From: a virus
Length of the DNA: 64,000 bases
Direction: 5' to 3' (one strand)
Virus record (IMG/VR): IMGVR_UViG_3300005096_000071
Location: 1-64,000 of that record
Made by a program: the position numbers and the translations under genes. The notes under the pieces are model-generated. The model made no database searches. It was not told the DNA's origin and saw only the letters and a list, made by a program, of their open reading frames with translations. Below are positions 48,165 through 58,217 of this stretch, piece by piece (the first letter of the stretch is position 1; each line of letters opens with the position of its first letter).

Positions 48165-48204
48165 GTACACGACCGATGGGCGCGGCGCAAGCTAAATCGT
48201 GCAC
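48165..48204 (-). promoter_or_regulatory. repeated element 17
   Basis: GTGCAC-N8-TTGCGC-N17-TACAAC. Confidence 0.85.
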
Positions 48205-48205
48205 T

Positions 48206-48778
48206 TTACCATCTGGGTCGCTTCGCGATTTGGTCAAGCTCGCACGTGATGGCCGTCAGCTTGGCGTGCGTGCTTGTGATCGCGTGTCGGCGGTTCCAAG
48301 GGTTCGGCCACGTGACGGCGTGGCCCTCGCGAGCCGTGAAGGCGTCCACGTTTTTGTCGTGGTCATCGATCAGGACGATTCCCGGTCGCGCCACGGCGAT
48401 CTTGGAGTGCCCGATCAGGAACGTCCCGGGGCCAAAGTGCCGCATCAAAAAGTTCGTCTTTCCGTGTGCGCTCTCACCGGCCCCCGTTTTCGGCGGGGGT
48501 GCGGTGAGCCAGAACGTCGGGGCCAAGCGTGAACAGGCACCCCACAGTTGGAGCGCCCCCTCCAACAGTGGAAGCTCCTCCCACCATGCGGGTCCGATCG
48601 CTTTGATCTTCGCCCAGACCGCGCGCTCGTTTAGCTTGAGCACCTCGAAGGCGTCGTACGTGCCTCGTGGCCACTGCTCCAGCACCTCGGCGTGGTCGAG
48701 CTTCATCAGCCGGCAGAGCCCCGCCAGCCAGTCGGCCGCCAGCCCGTCAACATCGAGATAGATTGCGTCGATCGCCAT
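48206..48778 (-). CDS. HAD-family 5'(3')-deoxyribonucleotidase
   Basis: YLDVDG motif I, LTA, GK, LIDD. Confidence 0.85.
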   Translation of the reverse strand: MAIDAIYLDVDGLAADWLAGLCRLMKLDHAEVLEQWPRGTYDAFEVLKLNERAVWAKIKAIGPAWWEELPLLEGALQLWGACSRLAPTFWLTAPPPKTGAGESAHGKTNFLMRHFGPGTFLIGHSKIAVARPGIVLIDDHDKNVDAFTAREGHAVTWPNPWNRRHAITSTHAKLTAITCELDQIAKRPRW

Positions 48779-49125
48779 GCCCGGGATGTTACCCCACAGC
48801 CGCGAGGCGGCAGGGTGGGGCCTTGACGACCCAGGCGCCGTTGACCACGACGGCGACCGCCTCGACGCCGAGGGCCCGCGCCTCGACTGCGATCAGTTGC
48901 GCCGCCTCGGGACCGTCACAGACGGACCACGCTGGATCACCACTGAACGCGGTATTAGCCACGTCTGCAGCCGCAGTTGCAATCGTTTTTTGGTTTTGGC
49001 GGTCCATCTCGATCACCACTTGCCCGGGAATGTAGCCGGCCCCGGTAAAGGTGGCAACCTATTGGGTGCATGTTTTTACGCTATTCGCGCTTGTCCGCCG
49101 GGATGCCGCGTGAGATACCAAGGGC

Positions 49126-49635
49126 ATGAGCGACACACCCGAGAAAATCGTACGCGCGCCGCGTCCCGGCTCAGAGGGGTTCGGCGATCTACCACCAGCG
49201 GCGGCGCCAGCTGCCGCCCTTCCGTCCGGCATGATCTCCCCGGCCTCGTTCGAGAAAGAGCAACAGGCCCAACGGTTCGCGATCCCTATGAAGGACAAGT
49301 TCGGACTCGTGGTCGATCCGACATGGGGTGAGCGGTCGGATGGTGACCTCGTTTTCTATATGGTTGCGTTGACACCGGAACGCGAGGAAAAAGCGGCAGC
49401 GTCCGCTGGCATGGGCCAGAACTTCCAAGCTGTTTTTGCCGAAATGGTGACGTTGTCGGTCGCAATGATCGGGGAAGTGAAGACCCGCGGGCGCCGCGAC
49501 TACATCACTGACTGGCTAAAGCAGCTCGGGCCACGAGGACGCAAGTACGTCGACGCGGCCTATAACCGGATGTCGTCGGTCGCTGAGGCCGACCTGAACA
49601 CGTTTCTCGACGGGGGAGCGCCCGTCACGATCTAA
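49126..49635 (+). CDS. tail assembly chaperone
   Basis: Upstream of the tape measure gene; ends with GGG GGA. Confidence 0.7.
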   Translation: MSDTPEKIVRAPRPGSEGFGDLPPAAAPAAALPSGMISPASFEKEQQAQRFAIPMKDKFGLVVDPTWGERSDGDLVFYMVALTPEREEKAAASAGMGQNFQAVFAEMVTLSVAMIGEVKTRGRRDYITDWLKQLGPRGRKYVDAAYNRMSSVAEADLNTFLDGGAPVTI

Positions 49636-49918
49636 CTCGGTCGAGGAGCGGAAGCGGAAGGAAGCGGAGCAACTCGCGCTAACCAGCCCGACCCGTGCCC
49701 TGAACTACGGCTGGGCGTTGTGGTGGGGGATGCGTCGGGTCGACTGGTACGAGCACTGGAATCAGGTCGACACCGCGTGTGTCTACATCGCCAAGTACGG
49801 CGGCGGCGCCGTGTCGATGTACGACGAACCGATCAGCCGCTGGCCGATCACTCGCATTGCTCGGGTCGCTCGCAAGATCTCGGACATGATGGACCGAGAG
49901 CACAAGGCAGCCAAGTGA
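49613..49918 (+). CDS. tail assembly chaperone extension (probable -2 frameshift product)
   Basis: Frame open from 49598 across the chaperone stop. Confidence 0.55.
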   Translation, partial: GERPSRSNSVEERKRKEAEQLALTSPTRALNYGWALWWGMRRVDWYEHWNQVDTACVYIAKYGGGAVSMYDEPISRWPITRIARVARKISDMMDREHKAAK

Positions 49919-49932
49919 TGTAGGATCGGCCC

Positions 49933-52155
49933 GTGGCGGATCGCATCGAGTACGACGTCGTCGCGTGGCTCCGCATGCGCGGCGACTTCGCGCGGCAGAT
50001 GGCCCGTCAAGCGAAGGCCGCGGGCCGGTTTGGGGACAAGCTCTCCCGGATCGGCCAAAAGATGCAGTCTATGGGGTCGGCCTGGACCCGCTCCGTGATG
50101 ACCCAGGTCGCGGCTTGGGGTCGACTCGCCGCCGCTATCGGCGGGGTCATGGCGGTCGCCACCGGGGCGGCTGTGCTCTCCAACGGACTGAAATTCAACA
50201 AGACGATGGAGGACGCGCGCATGCAGGTCGCGGCCATGTACCAGATGTTCGATTTCATGGGCGACTCAACCGCGGTGCAAAGCGGAGAGATTAGTCAGTG
50301 GCAAGCGAACATCCAACTAGCCGAGCACGCGATGAAATCGCTGTACGGCATCGCGAAGAAAAGCCCCGCGACATTCAAAGAGGTAGCGAGCATTTACCAA
50401 AACGCGGCCGCCGGACTCGCAACGCAGACGGAGGACGTGGTCCGCCACCTTGAGTTCATGAAGCGGGCGAGCTTGCTCGGAGGACTGACAGGCGGTGACT
50501 ACGAGGTCCTTGGCGCGCAGGTCGGCCGCATCGTCGCTGGTAGTGCCGGCGCCGAGATGAACATTTGGAAGACGCTGCAGAAGCCGATCTCTGAGGCAGG
50601 CAAGCGCCTCGGCGTATTTAAGTCGTCAATGGGCGCCGTCGGCGACGAGGTGACGAGCGCGTTCAACAAACTGGGCGGAGACAAGCGCCTCGTCGTCATG
50701 ATGGAGGCGATGAAAAAGATAGGCCCCGACGTGGCCGCGACGTTCGCGAAGTCTATGGCCGGCATCAGTTCGACCGCGAAATCCGCGCTCGAATCAATGA
50801 CCGGTCGGCTCACAAAGCCGCTCTATGAGACGTGGAAAAACGCACTTGCTGGAGCGGTAGGCGACGGAGGGATCCTTGGCGACGACTCGATATCCAAGTT
50901 CGAAAAAGCGGCCGACTACTTCGGCAACGCGCTCGCAGGCGCCGCTACCCACCTGATCTTCAGGATCACGACTGTTCTCCAACTCATCAGGGATAACTGG
51001 CAGACCATCGCCGACACCACCTACAAAGCTTTCCAGATTGGGTCTGGGATGATCAAGGGTGCATTTGCGTACGGACTTACCAAAATGATGGCTGGTTCTG
51101 CTTTGGTCGCCGCGGGCGGTGCTCTGCGGGCCGCGGGCGGCGCCCAGAAGTATGGAGGGAAGCTTGTAGGGTTCATGGGGCGGCAGCGCCAGAAGGCCCA
51201 TCGAGGCATCGTGCGGGGCGCTCACGGCCAGGGCCGTGGACCGCTTGGGATGATGGGGAAAATGCTCGGGTCAAAGTCAGGCGGTATGGGGGATGTGTTC
51301 CGGAACATCTCGGTGATGCTGGCCAGCTTCGGATCGCTCGCTGCCGTGATGCTCGGTGTACTCCCCATTCTCTTGATGGTTGGTGTGGCTTTCGGGGCAA
51401 TCGGCGTGGCCTTCGCTGGCGTAGCCGCGTGGGTGGTGTCCAACTGGAGGGCAATCCAGAAATCAATGGTCCAGGCACTAACAGGCGGAGGGAACGTGCT
51501 CCGTCCGCTAGTTGGGGCGGCGTATGTGCTGTGGGCCCGCCTGAAGATGGTAGGGGAAGCGATGATCGGTGGGTCATCAGGCGCCGAGGTTCTCGGTGGG
51601 ATGATCTCGGTACTTTCCAGGGTGGTCATGATGGCCGCCGATACCATCTCGTTTTTCATGCGAGTGATCGCCATCTTCATCGGCACATTCGGCATCCTGA
51701 AGATGGCGTTTCAGGGAGTGATGAGGGCCGTGCTTGGGATCATAGAGGTGGCAAGTTACCTGCCTGGCGGCCCGTCGGATGACTACGTTGAGAATGCGCG
51801 TCGTAACTACAACGAGTACAAGAACGGTGTCCAAGACACGTTCACGACAGTTGACCAGTTGCTCACGAAGGCGGACGCGCTCGAACGGATCAACCTGGAC
51901 TCGCTTGACTCCGATGCGGTGGACAAGACTGCCGCCGAGCTAGAGCAGGACGTCGCGGGGTTCCTGAAGAAAATCGGATCGAAGGACAGTCCGACTGGTG
52001 GCAAGCAGCCCACCGTGAAGATCGACAAGATCGAGATGAACTGGGACCTCCGCGGCGAGGACCCTGACCGACTGATGACCGCGTTTATCGAGCCACTCGA
52101 ACGCTTGGCCGACAATCGCGTCCAGGCCTTCGACACGATCGACGGGGGTAGCTGA
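49933..52155 (+). CDS. tape measure protein
   Basis: 740 aa, Ala/Gly-rich helical, hydrophobic segments. Confidence 0.9.
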   Translation: MADRIEYDVVAWLRMRGDFARQMARQAKAAGRFGDKLSRIGQKMQSMGSAWTRSVMTQVAAWGRLAAAIGGVMAVATGAAVLSNGLKFNKTMEDARMQVAAMYQMFDFMGDSTAVQSGEISQWQANIQLAEHAMKSLYGIAKKSPATFKEVASIYQNAAAGLATQTEDVVRHLEFMKRASLLGGLTGGDYEVLGAQVGRIVAGSAGAEMNIWKTLQKPISEAGKRLGVFKSSMGAVGDEVTSAFNKLGGDKRLVVMMEAMKKIGPDVAATFAKSMAGISSTAKSALESMTGRLTKPLYETWKNALAGAVGDGGILGDDSISKFEKAADYFGNALAGAATHLIFRITTVLQLIRDNWQTIADTTYKAFQIGSGMIKGAFAYGLTKMMAGSALVAAGGALRAAGGAQKYGGKLVGFMGRQRQKAHRGIVRGAHGQGRGPLGMMGKMLGSKSGGMGDVFRNISVMLASFGSLAAVMLGVLPILLMVGVAFGAIGVAFAGVAAWVVSNWRAIQKSMVQALTGGGNVLRPLVGAAYVLWARLKMVGEAMIGGSSGAEVLGGMISVLSRVVMMAADTISFFMRVIAIFIGTFGILKMAFQGVMRAVLGIIEVASYLPGGPSDDYVENARRNYNEYKNGVQDTFTTVDQLLTKADALERINLDSLDSDAVDKTAAELEQDVAGFLKKIGSKDSPTGGKQPTVKIDKIEMNWDLRGEDPDRLMTAFIEPLERLADNRVQAFDTIDGGS

Positions 52156-53285
52156 TGTCGTTTCCGTTCATTATAAGGCAGGTCAACCTCCCCGCGCGTG
52201 TCGTAATCCTGAAGGGGCGGAGCTTGCCCTACCAGACGGTCGACTGGGGGGGGGAGATGAAGCTCGACCCCAACTGGTTCCCGGGTAACCCGGTGGCCTC
52301 GACCCAGGTGCTGGGTCCGACCTTCACGCCCACCACAATCAATGGCGAGTGGAAAGACATTTTTCTGTTCGATGAGGCGAACGCGGCAGTCCTATTCAAC
52401 TTCCCCGCCCTCTCGGGCCCAGCGAAGCCAGGGGCGACCGAGCGAGGCGGCGAGACCTTCAAGTCGGGCACGTCGCTCCCCTCGCAGTTCGGCAAGCGCG
52501 CCCGGACGCTGCGGGACGCATTCACGCTGATGCGCCGCGAGGGCGGCCTGCTTCGTGTCGAGTGGGGATCGATCGTCCGGTATGGATTCATCAAACGCGA
52601 CAACTTCCCGCATAAGCGCGAGGAGGACATCATGTTCGAGATCGAGTTCGCGTGGATCGGGGACACTGCGGCCCAACCCAGGCGGTTGCTGCCGAAGCTC
52701 GATCTGCTGAGCCTGCTTAAGGCGTTGCTCGCTGTGCTCGATGAGGTTCTGAACGCGCTCCTCGGCGTCATCCTGAAGGCTTTCCTCTTCATCACGAGGA
52801 TCCAGCAGTTCATCACGGCGCTGGGGTCGTTCGTGCGGGCGCTCATCGAGGCGCTGAAGCGGCTCACGTCATTCGTGTTTGCCCCCGCGGACATCCTCAA
52901 CAACATCCGCGCAAACCTCCGATCGATCATCCTGGAGGCCCGCGACCTGTTCGATGTACTCCAGAACGATCCATCCGCCGCGTACCAGGCCGCTCTCTCG
53001 GGGTCGGTCAAAGATGTGGTCGAGGCGAACCTGTTCCTCTCGACGTTCCGCGACCAGGTCCGCCGCCTCGCTTCCGACGCTGCAGAGAAGCAGCGCCAGA
53101 TCGAGGAGTTCAACGGCCCCGAGTTGATCGGGTTCTATACCGCGACCGGTGGCGAGTCGCTCCGCGACGTGGCGCGACAGTTCTACGACAACCCTGGCAA
53201 CTGGCGGCTACTCGCCGACTTCAACGGGATCGATCGATCGCTGCTTGTCCGCGGCACGGTCATCCGGATCCCGAGGCTCCAGTAA
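52155..53285 (+). CDS. tail tube initiator with C-terminal LysM-like domain
   Basis: ESLRDVARQFY..WRLLADFN..GTVIRIP. Confidence 0.75.
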   Translation: MSFPFIIRQVNLPARVVILKGRSLPYQTVDWGGEMKLDPNWFPGNPVASTQVLGPTFTPTTINGEWKDIFLFDEANAAVLFNFPALSGPAKPGATERGGETFKSGTSLPSQFGKRARTLRDAFTLMRREGGLLRVEWGSIVRYGFIKRDNFPHKREEDIMFEIEFAWIGDTAAQPRRLLPKLDLLSLLKALLAVLDEVLNALLGVILKAFLFITRIQQFITALGSFVRALIEALKRLTSFVFAPADILNNIRANLRSIILEARDLFDVLQNDPSAAYQAALSGSVKDVVEANLFLSTFRDQVRRLASDAAEKQRQIEEFNGPELIGFYTATGGESLRDVARQFYDNPGNWRLLADFNGIDRSLLVRGTVIRIPRLQ

Positions 53286-55022
53286 ATGCCGGCCGTCTGG
53301 TATCCCGGCTGCAAGGTTCGGCTTCAGGTTCGGTTCGAGGACTACTTGGATCTGCCGCCGATCGCTTTGCCTCCGTTGCTCCCTGGACCCGAAGCGTTCG
53401 GCCTCGGGGCTGAGCACCCGTTCGGCACCGGCGCGTTTCTATCTTCTGGTTTTGACCTCGTGCCGCTCAAGTGCACCGTCGAACGCAACAGCTACCGTAA
53501 GGCGGACACGTGTCGGATTGAGATCCCTTTCGCTCGCCTCCCGTTCGACCCAAAGATCGTCCGCTCACTGACGGTCCAGGTATTCGGCGGCGTCTTTGAT
53601 TCGGCCGAGTACGCCGACGCCGTCGGCCCTACCGACTCGACCGGCCTGCTCCTGACAGACTCGATTCCGATCGGCCGTCCCCTCGCCGGCATGTCGCAGG
53701 AGTTATTCCGCGGTTTCGCTGACGACGTGAAGCTGGTCGCCAACAAGACCGGCGCGCGCGTGTCGATCCAGGCCCGTGACCTAACCTCGTTCCTCATCGA
53801 CAACGAGGTCCCACCGAACGCGGTGCGCGACATCCCGGGAGATGTGCCGTTGGACCTTTTAATCCAACAGATTCTGTTTGGCGACGGCATACCTAACAGC
53901 CCGCGGCGACTCGGACTTCCCGGCGTGCGCGGGCTCGTAGTGGTCAACGAAGCAACCGACCCGCTGTCGTTCGATCCCGTCACGGGTGAGGTGTTCCTAC
54001 GCCAGCCGCTCCCACCGGTGACCGACTTCAAAGGCCCGCAATGGCTCGACTCGAAGCGCTCGACAAAGAAGGGGCGCAAGATGTCGGCCGGCTCATCGCA
54101 CAAAGTAACCTACTGGGATCTGATCACGGACATCTGCGTGTCCGCGGCATTCATCTGTTACATCCGGACGCCGAAGAATCCGATCGCCCTCCCGGGCGGC
54201 GGCACCATCCTTCCGTCGGCCGAGTTGGTCATCTCCCGGCCTCGTACCTACTACGCCGGCCGAGGGCAGGTCGTCCCGAGCACGGGTAACCCGGTTCCGC
54301 AGGTCCGCAAGTACATCTACGGGGTCAACGCCAACGAGGTCTCGACGACCAAGAAGTTCGCCGGTGTGAAGACCCCGACGATCGAGGTCCGGAGTTACGA
54401 CATTGTGACGGGCAAGCAACTAATCGGCCGCTTCCCTCTAATCAAGAAAAAGAACAACCGGCCGAGCGTAACGGGCACTGCCGACCACGAGGACATCAAG
54501 GTGTTCGTCCACGACGAGTTGAACTTTGGACAGGGAACGACGACCATCATCGCTCAGAAGTTTCTGGAGGAGGCCGCGCAATCGATCTATGAGCAACTCG
54601 GTCGAGGCGAGCAAACGATCAGCGTGAAGACCGTTCACATGAGCGGAATCGCTGCGAACCTCGACGATGGCAGCGTCGCGGATAACTTTCTCCTCGAAGC
54701 GGGCGACCCCATCGAGATCGGTTTCGCCGTAGCGGAGCCCGAGGAGGGCCAGGTAAACGTGCTGACCCTGTTCGAGGGTCAGGCCATCGACGGCCGAACG
54801 CAGGCGTACATCCTGGCAGGCGTCCCGCCCGCGGCGGCAGCACTCGCCGCTGCCGCCTCGCTGTCGCCGAAAGCACAGAAGCAGTACCGGACGCAACGCG
54901 TTGTGTTCGACTGGGACAACAACACCGGGTGGAGCTTTGACATCGAGGCGATCAACTACCTCGACGTGCGCGACGCGGCGGACGACGCGGCCCTCGGGGC
55001 AGACGGGATCGAGATCGTATGA
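53286..55022 (+). CDS. baseplate hub protein
   Basis: ADTCRIEI, FRGFADD, ARDLT..LID; gene position. Confidence 0.7.
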   Translation: MPAVWYPGCKVRLQVRFEDYLDLPPIALPPLLPGPEAFGLGAEHPFGTGAFLSSGFDLVPLKCTVERNSYRKADTCRIEIPFARLPFDPKIVRSLTVQVFGGVFDSAEYADAVGPTDSTGLLLTDSIPIGRPLAGMSQELFRGFADDVKLVANKTGARVSIQARDLTSFLIDNEVPPNAVRDIPGDVPLDLLIQQILFGDGIPNSPRRLGLPGVRGLVVVNEATDPLSFDPVTGEVFLRQPLPPVTDFKGPQWLDSKRSTKKGRKMSAGSSHKVTYWDLITDICVSAAFICYIRTPKNPIALPGGGTILPSAELVISRPRTYYAGRGQVVPSTGNPVPQVRKYIYGVNANEVSTTKKFAGVKTPTIEVRSYDIVTGKQLIGRFPLIKKKNNRPSVTGTADHEDIKVFVHDELNFGQGTTTIIAQKFLEEAAQSIYEQLGRGEQTISVKTVHMSGIAANLDDGSVADNFLLEAGDPIEIGFAVAEPEEGQVNVLTLFEGQAIDGRTQAYILAGVPPAAAALAAAASLSPKAQKQYRTQRVVFDWDNNTGWSFDIEAINYLDVRDAADDAALGADGIEIV

Positions 55023-55969
55023 GGCCGAAGCTGATAACCGACGGCCGGCGCATTATGTCGCCAGACCCAAACAAGATGCGCTCCGCCCTGAGCGCGCCGC
55101 CGAAGATGTCGTCATCGTTCGCGACGGTGGGGCATGTGGCCGACGAGCTGATCGGGTTGCCTGAGCCGACACCGTCGTTCGCTCGACTTGAGCAAGGCCA
55201 AGTGTTCGTCGAGGTCACGATCCAGCCGGAGGGGGATCAGGTCATCGCGCGGCTCGGCATGCCCGCGGCTGGCGTGGGCGCGGGGTGGTACATGAACCTG
55301 TCGTTCGGGTGCCGCGTGCTCCTCGAATATCCGAGAGACAACCCGACGAACGCCACGATCGTCGCGCGACTCCACGACCAGGAATGCTCATTTCCGACCG
55401 ACGTCGCCGGAGTGCAGACGGGCGCCGCCGTCGCCGTCGCCCCAAAGGTTGGCGTCCCGGCTCCGATGTGGCAGTTCATGAAGACCGCGGCGGGCGAGTT
55501 GCTCGCGATCGAGACCGGGCCGCTCGGCGACATCCTGATCCACAGCGGAGGGAGCGTCGAGATAAAGGCGGCCCCGGCCATCGGAGCGATCCATCTCAAC
55601 GGCCGCGTCGCCATGGGAGAGGGTACCTTGACCCCTCCAGTTGGCGCGACGGTCGGCCCTGCGGGCGTCACCATCCCGGGGATCCCTGCGGTGCCGTCTA
55701 TCCCGATCCCCGCCGTCCCGAACATCCCAGCGCCGCCTAAGACGATCGTCCCCTACATCGGACTGCGCGACGGCGTGGTGCGATCGAAGGATCGAATGCA
55801 GAGCCACGCGGCCGTCGATCCGGACTTCTGGCTTTGGGTCACAGCGGTGCATGCCCACCCGGTGATCCTTGCACTGCTGAGTGCGGCAGGCATCACGCCA
55901 CCGCTCGCGGTACACTCCGAGCATAGCGGGCTCGGGGGACCGGGCTCGCAGCACACCGCGAGCGACTGA
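55019..55969 (+). CDS. baseplate central spike
   Basis: OB-fold-like N-terminus, beta repeats, His-rich tip. Confidence 0.65.
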   Translation: MRPKLITDGRRIMSPDPNKMRSALSAPPKMSSSFATVGHVADELIGLPEPTPSFARLEQGQVFVEVTIQPEGDQVIARLGMPAAGVGAGWYMNLSFGCRVLLEYPRDNPTNATIVARLHDQECSFPTDVAGVQTGAAVAVAPKVGVPAPMWQFMKTAAGELLAIETGPLGDILIHSGGSVEIKAAPAIGAIHLNGRVAMGEGTLTPPVGATVGPAGVTIPGIPAVPSIPIPAVPNIPAPPKTIVPYIGLRDGVVRSKDRMQSHAAVDPDFWLWVTAVHAHPVILALLSAAGITPPLAVHSEHSGLGGPGSQHTASD

Positions 55970-56406
55970 TGCCCACCAACACCGCGATCCTCGACGCAGG
56001 TACCCCCGCCCTCGGCAACCCTCCGGACCCGGCGGACCAGGACGCGCTTCAATACGGGAACGCCCTCGCCGGCGTGTGGGGCAGCGAAGCCACCCCCTCT
56101 GGCTACGGCAGCTACCTACGGGGCAGGATCCCCACGCTGTTCGGATCCCTCAACATCACGGGCAACTCGATCGAGTTGGCCCAGCCCGGTGCGGTTATCG
56201 CGGTCGTCGTCACTACGGGGGGAGACCCGGGGGCGAAGATACTCCGGCCGTTCGGCACCCCCACGACCTCCGAGGTGCTCGTGGAGTACAACAACGACGG
56301 CACCCCGACGCTAACGTTCACGGCCGCGACCCGGTGTTACGTGCACCAGATGCTGATCCCCGCCGAGTTCGTTGCCCATTTGGACGCTGAGGCGTCGCCC
56401 CCGTGA
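55969..56406 (+). CDS. hypothetical virion protein
   Basis: Coupled within the tail operon. Confidence 0.6.
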   Translation: MPTNTAILDAGTPALGNPPDPADQDALQYGNALAGVWGSEATPSGYGSYLRGRIPTLFGSLNITGNSIELAQPGAVIAVVVTTGGDPGAKILRPFGTPTTSEVLVEYNNDGTPTLTFTAATRCYVHQMLIPAEFVAHLDAEASPP

Positions 56407-56663
56407 GCTACCGGCCGTCCCATCGCGTCTCAAAGAGGATCAGCGCGGTGCTGCTCCGGGCGATGGAGCGCGGCGTCCTCCCCGGGGCCGGCTACCTGGA
56501 GCGGTCGGCATGCGTCGAGGTCCTCACGAGCCGGGGGCTAGCCCCCGGGCAACGTGTTGTGATGGGGCGCCTATGGTGCCGATTCGGCGCGGACGTCCCT
56601 GTCGCCTTGCTCACGCCGGGCCGCACCGAGGACGACGATATGGTCCAAGCGCTCGCCGGGTAG
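56403..56663 (+). CDS. hypothetical protein
   Basis: GTGA coupling. Confidence 0.45.
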   Translation: MSYRPSHRVSKRISAVLLRAMERGVLPGAGYLERSACVEVLTSRGLAPGQRVVMGRLWCRFGADVPVALLTPGRTEDDDMVQALAG

Positions 56664-56676
56664 TACTATGGCTGGC

Positions 56677-57834
56677 ATGGCCGCGGCTCTGATCAGGATC
56701 GACCAAGCTGCGCACCCCACTGTCCCGGTAGGTACGGCGGGCCGGGCGCGCGACGACATCTTGGTGAGCCAGACGGTGACGCTGGTCAACAACAACAACA
56801 CCGGCGTACGGAGCTGGCGGTGGGAGATCGTCGATCAGCCAGACATCGCCGCCCCGGTGGCGCTGAGCAACCCGACGGCAGCGAGCCCGACGTTTGTCCC
56901 ATCCGCAACCCCGGGGACCTACCTGATCCAGTTGACGGTGAACGAGGGCCGCACCGGAGAGAAGATCCGGACTGTCGCGGCGATCCGGGACTCGAACGGC
57001 CTACGGATCCCGGCGGCCGGAGAACAGAGTGAGGCCAACTGGGACGACGCTAGCGGGAGTCCAAACCCGCGAGGGTGGCAGCCCGAGATGCGCCTGACGC
57101 TGGAGGCCGCCTCTGCTTCCGGTCCCGCCGCTGAGTACGTGCTTGACTTCTCTACTCTCGCGAGCGAGACGTTGGCGGACGCGCAGGTGACGGCACAGAA
57201 CGGCCTGGCCTGGACGGTGCAACTGGCCGCCGCGGACGATCTTTCGTTCGTCAGCGGCATTGGGTTACGGGCGCAGATCACCGACACGAACACAACGTAC
57301 GACGGCAACAGCGCGACCTGCTCGTATCTACAGGCTTCCTTTGCGGACATCTATGCGAGGCTCTCTGCGATCGCTGGAAGCGTGATCGACGTCCGCAACC
57401 GGATCGAAATCTATCTACAGTACGCAAGTCCGCCCACAGACGACAACAACCAGATCGTCGGCATCGGAGCGCGCGGGATTAGCGGCACCCCAGCGTCATC
57501 GAGCGGGCGACTGCGTGGCTCAGGTTTCGAGCACGACGGGACCCGTCAAAACGTCGTGACATTCTCCGACACACTACGCGATCTCATGCGCACCTACGAC
57601 ACGCACGACACCGCAGGGCTTATCCTTGGGCCCGGCGTCGCGCAAAGTGTCTGGGGCATATGGGCAGGGACGCTTGACGGGACCAATTTTGATGTTGAGA
57701 TGGCGCACGCCCCCCCCCAGACGACCGAGCCGATCAAGATTCCGGACAACCTTCTGGGCATCTTTTTTCGCGGCACGGCGTCGTCGTCGTACGTATCTGA
57801 CGTCGAGAGCGTGACGATTAGGGCCTACCTATGA
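56677..57834 (+). CDS. virion protein with a PKD/Ig-like domain
   Basis: SWRWEIVDQP..LSNPTAASPTF..PGTYLIQLTVN. Confidence 0.7.
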   Translation: MAAALIRIDQAAHPTVPVGTAGRARDDILVSQTVTLVNNNNTGVRSWRWEIVDQPDIAAPVALSNPTAASPTFVPSATPGTYLIQLTVNEGRTGEKIRTVAAIRDSNGLRIPAAGEQSEANWDDASGSPNPRGWQPEMRLTLEAASASGPAAEYVLDFSTLASETLADAQVTAQNGLAWTVQLAAADDLSFVSGIGLRAQITDTNTTYDGNSATCSYLQASFADIYARLSAIAGSVIDVRNRIEIYLQYASPPTDDNNQIVGIGARGISGTPASSSGRLRGSGFEHDGTRQNVVTFSDTLRDLMRTYDTHDTAGLILGPGVAQSVWGIWAGTLDGTNFDVEMAHAPPQTTEPIKIPDNLLGIFFRGTASSSYVSDVESVTIRAYL

Positions 57835-58217
57835 ACTGCGGAGCAAGCGAGATCAATGGGCCTGGCTCTGGCTCATCGGCCGACCCGTACATCGTGTGGG
57901 TCGGCCGAAACTGGGGGATCCGCGCTCGCCTTCGCGACCGCCGGACGGGCAACAGCGAAAACCTCACCGGCTACACGGGAACGGCGACGTTGCGGCGCTC
58001 CTCGGCCGACGAGGGCGTCCCCCCTGCGACCGCGACCGTCACAGTCATCACCGCCGCCTCTGGACGCTATGAGGTCACTCTAGCCGCTGACGACCTCGTG
58101 GGCATCGCCCCAGGTCGCTATGTTATGGACGCCGTGTTCGAGAACGACGTCGATGACACCGATCGGCATTTCGCCGGGTTCTTTCACCTCCTGCTCATCC
58201 GGAGCGTGACCACATGA
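57831..58217 (+). CDS. BppU-N-like Ig-fold virion protein
   Basis: NLTGYTG..G.YEVTL..PGRYVMD. Confidence 0.6.
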   Translation: MNCGASEINGPGSGSSADPYIVWVGRNWGIRARLRDRRTGNSENLTGYTGTATLRRSSADEGVPPATATVTVITAASGRYEVTLAADDLVGIAPGRYVMDAVFENDVDDTDRHFAGFFHLLLIRSVTT

